Source: an uncultured bacterium
Lineage (GTDB): Bacteria > Verrucomicrobiota > Lentisphaeria > Oligosphaerales > Oligosphaeraceae
NCBI GenBank assembly: GCA_902776645.1
Contig: CACYQT010000031.1
Coordinates: forward strand, 1 to 47,612
DNA: 47,612 nt
Direction: 5' to 3'
Of the stretch, positions 8,984 to 19,200 are shown piece by piece (within the stretch, counting starts at the first letter, position 1; each line of letters begins with the position of its first letter). The notes under the pieces are model-generated. The model did no database searches and was not told where the DNA came from. It worked only from the letters and a program-made list of their open reading frames with translations. Position numbers and translations under genes: made by a program.

Positions 8984-9060
8984 AAGGGACTAAAGGGACA
9001 TAAGCGAATAAAGGGACAAGTGATGATCTGCTTTAAGCTTTTAGCTTTAAGCTTTTAGCT
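8984..9060. repeat. Spacer with three AAGGGAC direct repeats (8984-9020) and GCTTTAAGCTTTTAGC x2 (9028-9060)
   Basis: Read directly; shares the ATCTGCTTTAAGCTT element with the 7.6-7.9 kb block. Confidence 0.7.
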
Positions 9061-10053
9061 TTATTTCTCCTCCTTCTTCAGCCGTTCGGTCAGCATCGGC
9101 AGAAGCGTGAACAAATCGCCGCACAGCCCAAGCTCCGCATACTGGAAGATCGGCGCTTCGGAATCGCTGTTGATGGCGATGATCGTCTCGCTTGTCTGCA
9201 TGCCGGCCAGATGCTGCACCGCTCCGGAGATGCCGACGGCGATGTAAAGCTTTGGCGAAACGGTCTTTCCGGACAGACCAACCTGCGCGGAATACGGCCT
9301 CCAGCCACGGTCCACCGCTTCACGGCTCGCACCGACGGCACCGCCCAAGACATCCGCAAGCTGTTCCGCGAGAGCGACGTTCTCGCCTTTCTTGAAGCCG
9401 CGGCCGACGGACACCACGATGTCCGCGTCCTGTATCGCCATCGTCTGCTCGGCGGCTTCGTAGCCGACGCGCTTCACATGGCTTGCAAGCAGTTTCGCCT
9501 CCGGCTTCCAGCGGATGATGTCGCCTTTTCGGCCTGCCTGCACGGGAGCGGGACGCTCCGAATGCGGCCTCACGGTCGCCATCTGCGGCCGCCTGTCCGG
9601 CGTCTTGATGGTGGCCATGATGTTGCCGCCAGCGGCGGGACGCGTCTGCAATAACAGCCCCGTCCCTTCTTCGATATCCAGATTCGTGCAGTCCGCCGTC
9701 AGGCCCGCGCGAAGCCGCGCGGCTGTGCAGGGCATGACCGTCCGTCCCGTCGTCGTCGCGGCGGCCAGCATGATGTCCGGCTGTTCGCGTTTGATCAAAT
9801 CGCACAGGCAGGCCGTGTATGGCTCCGGCAGAAATGTCGCCAGCTGAGGCGCTTCCGCGCAGATGACGCCGTCCGCCCCGCGTTCGATGAGGCGGTTGCA
9901 TTCATCGTCCGAAACGGCTTCGCCGAAAAGGACGGCGATCAGTTTCACGCCAAGCTTCTCGGCCAGCTTGATGCCGCGTGTCAGCAGTTCAAAACTCACG
10001 TCCAGGACTTTCCCGTCCCGCTGCTCGGCAAGTATCCAAACGTTTTTGCTCAT
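9061..10053 (-). CDS. etfA: Electron transfer flavoprotein alpha subunit
   Basis: 330 aa, [16 protein letters not shown]..., FAD-binding C-terminal region [19 protein letters not shown]. Confidence 0.85.
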   Translation of the reverse strand: MSKNVWILAEQRDGKVLDVSFELLTRGIKLAEKLGVKLIAVLFGEAVSDDECNRLIERGADGVICAEAPQLATFLPEPYTACLCDLIKREQPDIMLAAATTTGRTVMPCTAARLRAGLTADCTNLDIEEGTGLLLQTRPAAGGNIMATIKTPDRRPQMATVRPHSERPAPVQAGRKGDIIRWKPEAKLLASHVKRVGYEAAEQTMAIQDADIVVSVGRGFKKGENVALAEQLADVLGGAVGASREAVDRGWRPYSAQVGLSGKTVSPKLYIAVGISGAVQHLAGMQTSETIIAINSDSEAPIFQYAELGLCGDLFTLLPMLTERLKKEEK

Positions 10054-10071
10054 GGTTGTCGCTCCTTTCCG

Positions 10072-10872
10072 TCAGATGATTTTCTTGCTCTTCAGCAGTT
10101 CGACGACCCGCTCGACCGCCCGCTCCGCGCCTTCCGCGTCCTGCGCGGGAAGCTTCTCGCAGTCTTTGATATGGACGGGGCGGAAGATTTTCACGACACG
10201 CGTCGGCGACGCGTTCAAGCCGACGTCCTCCTTCGATGCGCCGACGTCCTCCGCCGTCAACGTCACAATGTCCATGCCGCGTGCACGGCGTTTGCCCTGC
10301 AACGTCGGAAGCCGCGGAATCGACGCCTCTTTCAGCACGCACAACAACGCGGGACCGTCGATTTCCACCGTCTCATAGCCGTCCTCCAGCATCCGGCGGA
10401 CACGCCAGCCGCCGTCGCAACGCTCCACGGCGCTGACGAATGTGACGGCCGGCAGTTCCAAAAACGTCGCCATGGCGGGACCGGTCTGGCCAGTCTCGCC
10501 ATCCGTCGCGCGTTCGCCGCAGATGATCAGATCAAAAGGACCTATCTTCTTGGCGGCCAACGCCAAAGAATATCCTGTGCACCATGTGTCCGATCCCGCG
10601 AATTCGCGGCCGGACAGCAGGACGCCATGGTCCGCCCCCATGCTCAGCGCTTCGCGCAGCACGGCGGTGGCCGCGGCGGGCCCCATGCTCAGGCAGGTCA
10701 CGTCAACCTCCTCCTGCAGCGTCTCCTTGAGTGTCAATGCGCATTCAAGAGCGTGCAAATCCAATGGATTGATGACGGAACTGGCGGCTTCGCGTATCAG
10801 CGTTCCCGTCTTTTCGTCCATCCGGGTCGCCTGGCTCTCCGGGACTTGCTTGGTCAGCACCAATATTTTCAT
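10072..10872 (-). CDS. etfB: Electron transfer flavoprotein beta subunit
   Basis: 266 aa, MKILVLTKQVPESQATRMDEKTGTLIRE...NPLDLHALE, typical EtfB. Confidence 0.85.
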   Translation of the reverse strand: MKILVLTKQVPESQATRMDEKTGTLIREAASSVINPLDLHALECALTLKETLQEEVDVTCLSMGPAAATAVLREALSMGADHGVLLSGREFAGSDTWCTGYSLALAAKKIGPFDLIICGERATDGETGQTGPAMATFLELPAVTFVSAVERCDGGWRVRRMLEDGYETVEIDGPALLCVLKEASIPRLPTLQGKRRARGMDIVTLTAEDVGASKEDVGLNASPTRVVKIFRPVHIKDCEKLPAQDAEGAERAVERVVELLKSKKII

Positions 10873-11069
10873 CCGATTCCTCGTGGTTCGTTTTATATTT
10901 TAGTAAGAAAAAACACCAAAATAGAAACATAATCCGCCTAATTGAAATCGCAATTTTCCCTAGATGATTTATCTTAAAAACAGACGCGTTTCATCACGAA
11001 AGTGCCATCGGCGTCCCGCCGCTGGTTCAAAAATATTAAAAACAACATCCATTTCATAAAAGGAAAACC

Positions 11070-11774
11070 ATGTTCTTATACGGAATCAATCCCGCCTTCG
11101 AGGCGATCCGCGCAGGGAGGCGCGGAATCCATCGTGCATACGTCAACCAGGAGGCCGACAACAACCCGCGGCTGAAGAAGCTTGTCCAGTTTCTGCATTC
11201 CAGGCAGATTCCCACGGAATTGACGAACAAAGGGAAGTTGTTCGACTTATGCCAAACCCGTGAGCATCAAGGAATTGTGCTGGACGCCGAAGCATTTCCG
11301 CACACGCCCTTCGCGGACATGATCGGCTCGCCCCGCATGGTTCTTCTGGATTCCATCGAAGATCCGCACAACGAAGGCGCCATCATGCGCAGCGCGGAAA
11401 TTTTCGGATGGAACAACGTCCTCCTGCCGCGCCGCGGCGTGCCGCTCCTTCTTCCGTCCGTCATCAAAGCCTCCGCCGGAGCCTGTGAACACCTCCAGAT
11501 CGCGGTCAACTGCTCCGCCAACCAATATTGCAAAATCGCGAAGGAGGAAGGCTACACGATCGTGGCGTTGGACGGCGGCGGCAAGACGTCGCTGGAAGAC
11601 CTTCGCGCGCAAAAGATTGAGAAACTCCTGCTCGTCGTCGGCGGAGAAAATTCGGGCGTCTCGCAGTTCATTCTCAACATGGCGGATCACGTCGCCGCCA
11701 TTCCGCAGAAAGGCAAGATCAACTCGCTGAACGCCTCCGTCGCCGCAGGCCTCGCCCTCTATCTGCTGGCATGA
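11070..11774 (+). CDS. TrmH/SpoU-family RNA 2'-O-methyltransferase (RlmB-like)
   Basis: 234 aa. Motifs DPHNEGAIMRSAE, LLVVGGENSGVS, IPQKGKINSLNASVAAGLALY (SPOUT motifs). Confidence 0.8.
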   Translation: MFLYGINPAFEAIRAGRRGIHRAYVNQEADNNPRLKKLVQFLHSRQIPTELTNKGKLFDLCQTREHQGIVLDAEAFPHTPFADMIGSPRMVLLDSIEDPHNEGAIMRSAEIFGWNNVLLPRRGVPLLLPSVIKASAGACEHLQIAVNCSANQYCKIAKEEGYTIVALDGGGKTSLEDLRAQKIEKLLLVVGGENSGVSQFILNMADHVAAIPQKGKINSLNASVAAGLALYLLA

Positions 11775-13258
11775 ACACAAAAGGACAAACCATGCGCCAA
11801 GCCATCGCCATTCTTCTTTTCTGCTCCGTCGCCCTGCTGGCCGAACCGGCCGCCATCGTCATCAACGATGTCCCGCTGAAGGATTTCGTCATCGTCGCGC
11901 CCTTCGAAGGCCCTGTTGCGAAAACCGCCAAGTCCTTCGCGGACAGGCTGAAGCAAAAGACGGAGGTCGCCCTGCCAATCGTCGCGGCGGACGCTCCGCC
12001 CGCCGCCCATGAATTCGTCTTCGGCGTCCCGTCGCGGGATGCCGCCGCCCCGCAGTTCGCCTATGACGATATCGCCGTCTATTGGAAAAACGGCAGCCTC
12101 CACTTCACGGGCGGAAGCCGTTTCTCCATCGCCACCGCCGCCAATTGGCTGCTCAATGAAAAACTGCCGCAACTGGCGGACAAGCCGTTGCAAATCGCTG
12201 AAAACGAACGGATTTTCTCCTCCGCCGCCCCGTCGCGGGACGCCTATATGGCTGATCTGACGAAACTTCCCGTCCATTGGCGTTTCACGTGGCAACCGGA
12301 GGACGCCATGCTTCTCTGGCAGACGAAAATCGATGCGCTGTATCTCAAGAATCCCAAACGCCCGCTCACCATCGCCCATCGCGGCGATGCACGCAACTAT
12401 CCAGAAAACAGCATCGAAGGCGTCATCAGCGCATGGCGGATGGGCATGTCCGGCGTGGAAGTCGACGTCCGTTTCACAAAAGACGGAATCGCCATCCTGC
12501 AGCATGACGAAACGCTCGTCCGCATGACCGATTTCAACGATCTAAAAGGAAAGGACGGCCTGCCCGAATCCGCCAACGTGGAGGACTGGACGCTCGAACA
12601 GCTCCGCAAGCTCCATCTGCGCGAAGGCCGCGGCGGCGTTAAGGCCGCCCTCACGCCATACGTCATCCCAACGCTGGAGGAAGTCCTGACCGTCGCCAAA
12701 GAACGTCTGTTCATCATCTTGGACAAACATCCGAACTGGCGCTACGTCGATATCGACGGCATCCAGTCCAAGGCGAAGCCGAACTACATCTTTCCGATCA
12801 TGCATAAGACAGGCAATTACACCTCCTGCTTCATCGCTTTCGGCCATCTTGGAAACTCCCCTGAAAAGCTCTTCACCGCCGAACAGGCCCTGCAGGTCCA
12901 GAAATACATTTTCGAGAAATCCGGCCAGAAGCCGTATTTCCTCCTGCGCGGCTGGACGAACAAAGGCCAGATGGCCAGAAAATATACGGAAAAGCTTCGT
13001 GAATCATCACTTACCAATACTGGCATCATCATCAACGGTTCCTATTACAGCGACCGCGCCTTCGCCATGTCGGAAACCAAAAAGCTGACCGCCGATTTTC
13101 CGGATGTCCTGTTCCTGTCATGGACCGTCAACAAGCATCCCAATGACAATCCCGCCGGCTGGCAGCGCATCTACGACGACGGCATCCGCGGCTTCATGAC
13201 GGACAATCCGCTCGGCCTGCTGAAGTTCATCGTCAACGGCCTGAAAACCAAAGAGTAA
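11771..13258 (+). CDS. Secreted glycerophosphodiester phosphodiesterase (GDPD) domain protein
   Basis: 495 aa. Signal peptide; N-terminal domain of unknown type; then GDPD motifs IAHRGD...PENSIEG, VEVDVRFTKDGIAILQHD. Start overlaps the upstream stop (ATGA); an alternative start at M8 is possible. Confidence 0.7.
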   Translation: MNTKGQTMRQAIAILLFCSVALLAEPAAIVINDVPLKDFVIVAPFEGPVAKTAKSFADRLKQKTEVALPIVAADAPPAAHEFVFGVPSRDAAAPQFAYDDIAVYWKNGSLHFTGGSRFSIATAANWLLNEKLPQLADKPLQIAENERIFSSAAPSRDAYMADLTKLPVHWRFTWQPEDAMLLWQTKIDALYLKNPKRPLTIAHRGDARNYPENSIEGVISAWRMGMSGVEVDVRFTKDGIAILQHDETLVRMTDFNDLKGKDGLPESANVEDWTLEQLRKLHLREGRGGVKAALTPYVIPTLEEVLTVAKERLFIILDKHPNWRYVDIDGIQSKAKPNYIFPIMHKTGNYTSCFIAFGHLGNSPEKLFTAEQALQVQKYIFEKSGQKPYFLLRGWTNKGQMARKYTEKLRESSLTNTGIIINGSYYSDRAFAMSETKKLTADFPDVLFLSWTVNKHPNDNPAGWQRIYDDGIRGFMTDNPLGLLKFIVNGLKTKE

Positions 13259-13260
13259 GG

Positions 13261-13324
13261 AGCGCGGTGCGCCCTTCCCTTTAATCCCTTTCCCTTCCTT
13301 TGATTCCTTGAATCCCTTCATTTC
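13261..13324. repeat. Polypyrimidine CCCTT-rich tract upstream of the esterase gene
   Basis: cccttccctttaatccctttcccttcctttgattccttgaatcccttcatttc read directly. Confidence 0.6.
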
Positions 13325-14788
13325 ATGTCTATTTTTTTAATCATCCTATTTTCATCGCTCATACTGTCCGCCCAAACTCAACAGGAGATCAGAAAACCTA
13401 TGGCCAATATCTGCATCGGAAAGAAATATGAAATCGGAACTCGCGTCCCCTACCGTGTTTACGTCACAGATCAGACGGACGCCGCAAACGCCGCCGTCTA
13501 TGTCATGCTCGAATACAACGCCGACCAGATCGCGCCATTGCTCAACACATTCGTCAAAGACGGCATCATGCCGGGCGGACTCGTCTTGTTCGTCAATCCG
13601 GGCACGCTCAACGCCACGCTGCCCGGCGGCGCCAATCGCTACATGCGGGCGGAGGAATTTGACGAATACGGCCCGGATTTCATCAATCTCATCGTTGAAG
13701 AAATGATTCCGGAAGCCGCCGGTCTTGCAAAAGTCAAAATCTCCACCAATCCGGACATGCATTTCTTCACAGGCGGATCCTCCGGCGGCATGAGCACATG
13801 GAACGCCCTCTGGTTCCGCAACGACTTCTTCCGCAGAGGTTTCCTCAGCAGCCCGACGTTCAGCGCTATGCGCGGCGGCGAAGAGCCGATGGTGCTCGTC
13901 CGAAAATGCGAGACACGACCCATGCGGTTCTATCTGTCCGTCGGCACTCGCGAACCGGACTACTTTTTCGGCGACTCCTACAACGTCGCCGTCAATGCGA
14001 AAGGCGCCTTCGATTTCGCCGGATATGATTACGCATTCGACATGTTCGTCGGCGAAGGCCATTGCGCACGCCGCGCGGATCCCGCATTCCTACGGAAAGT
14101 CATGACGTTCGTGTGGGACAAATGGCAGACGGAGCCCGTCAAAGCAGGCAAAAATCAAATCCGCATCCGCAACTTGCTTGCCGCCGGCAGTCAATGGGAA
14201 CCGGCGGAAAACATTCCTGAACCACGTCAAGCCAAAGCGCCGAACGGCGGCTTCTATACCTTTAAAGAAGGAAAGATCCTTTTGGTAAACGACGGCAAAG
14301 AGACCATCGTGGACGAAACATTGGACAAAATCACAGCTCTTGCCGTATCTTCCGACCATTGGCGACTTTATGTGGCGGACGCCATCCGCCGTTTCGTCTA
14401 TGCCTACACGATCCAGCCGGACGGCACGCTCTCCGCGCAATACAAGCTCGCGCCGTTCCATCTGGCCCATGACTGCCGCGTCATCGGCGCCTTGGACCTC
14501 TGCGTCGCAGCGGACGACCGTGTCTTCATCGCCACGGAACTCGGCGTGCAAAGCATCGTCTCCTTCGGGCTCAACGATGTCATCCTCCCGCTGCCGGGCG
14601 ATCTTCCGGCGGACAAAGTCCGCCTGGAAGGCAACATCCTCTACGCCGCGTCAGGAGACAAAATCTTCCGCCGTCCACTGGCCATTTCAGCCCCCGTGGA
14701 AGACGCCAAGCCTGCCTCTCCGAAGACGCCAGGCTATTCCGACGGTTTCGACTACTCCCGCCCGCATGACATGCCGGAGCATCCATAG
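13325..14788 (+). CDS. Secreted esterase-family protein (putative esterase/enterochelin-esterase-like fold) with C-terminal beta-propeller-like region
   Basis: 487 aa. Signal peptide; nucleophile-elbow-like GGSSGG and esterase-D-like context in the N-terminal half; a repetitive beta-strand-rich C-terminal half. Confidence 0.6.
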   Translation: MSIFLIILFSSLILSAQTQQEIRKPMANICIGKKYEIGTRVPYRVYVTDQTDAANAAVYVMLEYNADQIAPLLNTFVKDGIMPGGLVLFVNPGTLNATLPGGANRYMRAEEFDEYGPDFINLIVEEMIPEAAGLAKVKISTNPDMHFFTGGSSGGMSTWNALWFRNDFFRRGFLSSPTFSAMRGGEEPMVLVRKCETRPMRFYLSVGTREPDYFFGDSYNVAVNAKGAFDFAGYDYAFDMFVGEGHCARRADPAFLRKVMTFVWDKWQTEPVKAGKNQIRIRNLLAAGSQWEPAENIPEPRQAKAPNGGFYTFKEGKILLVNDGKETIVDETLDKITALAVSSDHWRLYVADAIRRFVYAYTIQPDGTLSAQYKLAPFHLAHDCRVIGALDLCVAADDRVFIATELGVQSIVSFGLNDVILPLPGDLPADKVRLEGNILYAASGDKIFRRPLAISAPVEDAKPASPKTPGYSDGFDYSRPHDMPEHP

Positions 14789-14806
14789 TCCGGAACACGC
14801 AACTTA

Positions 14807-15787
14807 TTGATCCAGAATAATATCCGTAGCATGTCCAAAAAGACCAAAAAGAAAAAGCACTTCAGGTCATGGAACCCGAAAAAATGGCTGACGGCAGCGG
14901 CATCCCTGCTCGTCATCGCCGCCATCATCTGCCTGTATGCCTTCCAGCCAGACCGCAAACGACTGGAAGTCAACCGCCTCGCAAGCGTTTACGTCCATGG
15001 CGGAAGCCACATCGGCTTCATGCAGATCCTTCGAGACGTATGGTCCGTCTACAGCAGCAAAGGCCTTGTCCCGTGCGACGTCCGGCCGGACGACGCACTG
15101 CCCGTGTTCGGCGGCATCCCGCGATGCAAAGCCCAGCTGACCATCCTCCGCAACGACGCCTATTGGGTCGGCTACAGTGAAGAGAAACGCTCCCCCCTCT
15201 GGGCCGCCTACCGGCTGACGGATACGACGGCAGAAGAAAAACCAGCCGCCCGCGCGGAATCCTTCCTGCCGGACAGGCGGACGATCTCGCAAGTCACGTC
15301 GGATCAATACACGAACTCCGGTTATGACCGCGGCCATCTCGCTTCCAGCTATTCCATCGCGAAATGCTTCGGCACCGCCGCGCAGTTGCAGACCTTTCTG
15401 ATGTCCAACGTCGTCCCGCAACGCCACGCCTTCAATGCGGGGATTTGGAAATCATTGGAAATGAAAGAGATCAACACCCTTGCTCCACGCTGCCAGTCCA
15501 TCTGGATCATCACGGGGCCCATCTATCCCGACGTCATCACCCGTGTGTTGCCGTCGGGCATCCCCGTGCCGGAAGCCTTTTACAAAATCATTCTGGATGA
15601 AATCGATGGTCGGCTCCGCGCGATGGCCTTCATCATCGAGCATGATCTGGAGGCGGGAACGGATCTGGCGGACTGCCTGGTCTCCATCGACGAAATCGAA
15701 AAGCGGACCGGCCTCGATTTCTTCACAGGCTTTCCGGAAACGGTGCAGACGGCCCTCGAAGGTCCCGTGAACTCGAAAATCTGGTAG
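14807..15787 (+). CDS. DNA/RNA non-specific endonuclease (Serratia NucA/EndoG family), membrane-anchored or secreted
   Basis: 326 aa. Lys-rich N-terminus plus TM helix; catalytic SGYDRGHLASS (DRGH) and NVVPQ (Mg-ligand Asn) motifs. Confidence 0.8.
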   Translation: MIQNNIRSMSKKTKKKKHFRSWNPKKWLTAAASLLVIAAIICLYAFQPDRKRLEVNRLASVYVHGGSHIGFMQILRDVWSVYSSKGLVPCDVRPDDALPVFGGIPRCKAQLTILRNDAYWVGYSEEKRSPLWAAYRLTDTTAEEKPAARAESFLPDRRTISQVTSDQYTNSGYDRGHLASSYSIAKCFGTAAQLQTFLMSNVVPQRHAFNAGIWKSLEMKEINTLAPRCQSIWIITGPIYPDVITRVLPSGIPVPEAFYKIILDEIDGRLRAMAFIIEHDLEAGTDLADCLVSIDEIEKRTGLDFFTGFPETVQTALEGPVNSKIW

Positions 15788-15851
15788 ATTTCATCAGTCT
15801 TGCAGGTGGAAATTCCGCAACTTGGCAGTATAGTAATAATGTTTTAAAGGC

Positions 15852-15925
15852 GACCCTGTGGTGTAATGGTAGCACAACTGGTTTTGGTCCAGTTAGTCTA
15901 GGTTCGAGTCCTGGCAGGGTTGCCA
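15852..15925 (+). tRNA. tRNA-Gln (anticodon TTG)
   Basis: Manual cloverleaf. Acceptor GACCCTG/CAGGGTT; D-arm GTGT-AATGGTA-GCAC; anticodon stem ACTGG/CCAGT with loop TTTTGGT (anticodon TTG); T-arm CTAGG-TTCGAGT-CCTGG; discriminator G; encoded CCA. Confidence 0.75.
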
Positions 15926-15995
15926 AGTTTTATCAAAAAACTTCTCCTCGCTTCTTGAAATGCGGGGAAAATGTGTTAATGTATTATCGCTTTTC

Positions 15996-16082
15996 GTCCG
16001 GGTGGCGGAATTGGCAGACGCGTTAGGTTGAGGGCCTAATGGGGCAACACCCGTGCGGGTTCAAATCCCGCCCCGGATACCA
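15996..16082 (+). tRNA. tRNA-Leu (anticodon GAG), class II with long variable arm
   Basis: Acceptor GTCCGGG/CCCGGAT; D region TGGCGGAATTGGCAGACGCG (Leu-type); anticodon stem TTAGG/CCTAA with loop TTGAGGG (anticodon GAG); variable arm TGGGGCAACACCCGT; T-arm GCGGG-TTCAAAT-CCCGC; discriminator A; CCA. Confidence 0.85.
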
Positions 16083-16092
16083 TACCTTATAT

Positions 16093-16128
16093 AAAAAGCG
16101 CGGCACAAATTCGTGTCGCGCTTTTTTT
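16093..16128. terminator. Bidirectional rho-independent terminator (A5-hairpin-T7) between the tRNA operon and the convergent giant gene
   Basis: AAAAA GCGCGGCAC aaattc GTGTCGCGC TTTTTTT: 9-bp stem with one G-U pair and flanking A and T runs. Confidence 0.65.
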
Positions 16129-16251
16129 GTATCCGGCCTCAAAACATGGCCGTTTCTGGCAACCGCTTTGCGGCTGCGCCACCTCCATGACGAGTTTCAC
16201 GCAACCGCAGAGCAACCGGCCCTTTTGGGCTTTTCATTACGTTTTCAGACC

Positions 16252-19200
16252 TCACACGCCGATGTCGATCTGGTAGGAATCATCGCCGCCGAGCTTCTTC
16301 GTATCGTCGATGATGGCGTTCATGATGGTTTGAGGGCCTGCAAACAAGCCCGCGCCAAGCTCTTTCATGGAAATGACTTTCATGGAGCCCATGATCTTTC
16401 CCTTCTCGCCGAGCGAGAAGTTGTCGTCGAGCATCTCTTCCGCAGCGTCGGAGCCCGCGAAGAGCGTCGTCATCACGACACCCGCGAAACCGCCGGGCAT
16501 ATCCAGCTTATTCGAGAAGAACTGCAGAGTCGGATACGTCTTACTGCGGATCTGCTGGCACACGGAGCTTGCGAATCCGAAGGCAAAATTGTCGATAACC
16601 TCGTTCTTTTTTTCGTCGTCCTTCGCCTCGGCGTACGCCTTTTCGAAGTTCACGAGAGTCATGTAAGTTTGCTTCTGATAGATATCGAAATGAGCAGTCA
16701 GGAGATTTGATATCCTGCGCGCCTCTTCGACGGGATTCTTCGCCTTCTTGATGCGCTCGGCCACCTTCAGCGTGAATTTGCCATTTTTTTCGTAGTCTTC
16801 GTGATTGAAATCCAAGAGCTGCATCTCCTTGACGTAATGCGGCACCATGAGCGGCACTTCGGTGGGAAGTCCGTTCTCGCCTATAACAAAGCCTTTCTCG
16901 TTCCCTTCGTCGTCGTAGGCCCGTTCGATTTTCTGGCCTGCTTCGGTACGGGGCATGTCGTTGAACTTTCCGACGACATCGAGTTCATCACGCTGCGGCG
17001 CGTCGTCCGGAAGCTTCGGGATGTCGTTCTTGACGGCATTCACCACGGTTCGAAGCTGGTTGAGGATGGTGTTCATCTCGGCCATCGTGTTCTGGAGGCG
17101 CGTCATGGACTGCACGAAGCAGCTGATCTGCGGCGGCATTTCAAGACCAAGCTTCTGCAGTTCGTTCAGGGCGCCCTGCAGGCGGTAGCAGACATCAAAG
17201 GAGAACTTGCCCTTTGCGAGAATCGTCTCGACAATGGCTTCGGCCTTGTCGCGGTTAGCGGCAAGCGTGGCCTTTCCTGCGGGCGAGAGCAGTTTCTCGA
17301 ATCCGGCGAGGAAGAAATCTTTGTTTCGGAGCGTCGCGCCGAGGATGAGCCGCAAAAGCTCCACGCGTTCGTTGAGGAGGACCTTGGGCCTCATCTCCTT
17401 CACCTTTTCGCCGTCATCGTTCGTCACTGTAACCTCTTCCATCACAGGCTGGCCGTCCGGTCCCTTCTCGTAGTGGATTTTGAATTCGAACATGTTGCCG
17501 TAATCGATGAAGGTGGCCTTGTGCTCCTCGAGCATGATGTTGCCGGCGTGGGCGTCGCCATGGAACTTGCCGGATCCGAGGAACGCCTCATGGAACCATA
17601 ACTGCGCGGCCTGCTGCAGGTTCTTCTGCCCCGTGAGGATGACGTTGTAGTTCGTATTCACAAACATCATCATTTCCTGCATCGCCGCGAAATTGATGTT
17701 TTCCTTGAAGATTGGCTTCTTGGTGACAGGGTCCCACTTCAGGCGCCCCGTCGCGGGATCCTGCTCGAAGACGCCCGCACAAGCTTCCTGCACCTGCTTT
17801 ATGTACTCTTTGAAGTACTGGTCGGCGTTCTGTTCGCCGGCCATCGTGCAGACCATCGCCGTTTTTGTCGGGGGGGCGAGCGGGGATATCTTCATGGAGG
17901 CGACATTCGGGGTGATCGCCCTGGCGAAATGGTTCGGATTTTTCCAGACGTTGTAGAGCTTTACGCCCTCCTCGACGTTCCTCGCCTCGTTGCGGAAGTC
18001 GAACTCCGTCTTGTACTGTTCGTACTGGCCGTCCCATGTTTTCTTCATGCCGGGGCCGATCTTGATCGCGGCCGCCTCGAAGAGCTTCGCCTCGCGCTCC
18101 ACGCGCGCCTCGGCGTCATGGCGCATGATCTTCACGACCATCTTCTCAGTCTTCTCCTGGCCGTTGTCGTCAAGGTAGGTGAATTTGCAAAGGAACGCCT
18201 CGCCGACGGATGCCGCGCCGAGGGACTGTTCCAACGTGATGGACTCGATCTTGTGATCCGTGTTTTTCGAATCATTGATCATCTTGTAGAGGTGAGCCTG
18301 CACGATCTTGCGCGGGATGGGCGAGAGATTGGACTTCATGTCGGCAAGCGCGTCGGAGAATCCCGCGAGCACATTGCGCGGGATGCCTTGCATCATCTTC
18401 TGGAGGAGCGGTCCCGTGCCCTTCAGAATTGCGCCGACGAACTTGGAGCTCGCGGCCTGGCTGGCGCTTTCAAGCTCCGTGCCTGTCTTGCCGGCGAAAT
18501 CGAACGTTTCCGCATAGCGCATCGCGCTTGCGAAGACGCTGCGTTTGTCGGCGTTCGACATCTGGAGGAAGTAGTCGCTCAGAATCTGTTTGAAGAAACC
18601 GACCTGGCCAGGGACGGACGCGTCGGTCGCAGCGCTGTCCATGATGTCGTTGAGCGACTTGGCCTTCAGTTCCGCCTTGATCTGGCTGGCCGTCTTGTCC
18701 TTGTAGGGTTCGGTCGTGAGGCCGCCTGCCTCGTTCTGCACGTTGCCGTTGATCTTGAACGTCAGGTTGATGAACGACTGGATCTCCTCGCAGCCCTTCT
18801 TTGACATGCGAAGGAGGATGTCGTCGAAGCGTGCGAGCGTCGCGCCTTTGCACGCATTGGCGTCCTTGAGGAAGAGCGAGAAGCGATTGACGAAATCCGC
18901 CTTTTTCGCAGCCTGTTCAAGTGATTCGCCGTTGTTGGCGGCCTTGAAGTCGGCGTCCAGCGCGGCGGAGAGTTTCGCGAAGCCCTCCTTCACCACGCCC
19001 GCGATATTGGGCGAAAGCGCCTTGTCCAGAAGCGCGGGTGTGCGCAGGATTTCGGCGAAGGCGGTGAGCTTCTTGCTGTCGGAAAGCATTTTGCGCATCG
19101 TCTCGCCCGGACGGTTGATCGTGACGTCGGCGACGAGCGTCTCGTCGGAGAAGACAAGATCGGCGACGAAGTCCTTGATTTCCGCGATGCTGACGTCGTG

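Noticed and set aside
15788-15851. Possible sigma70 promoter for the tRNA operon (TTGCAG / TATAGT-like elements)
   Set aside because: Candidate hexamers exist but the spacing between any -35/-10 pair I tried is non-canonical (23 nt or under 12 nt), so I do not call a promoter.
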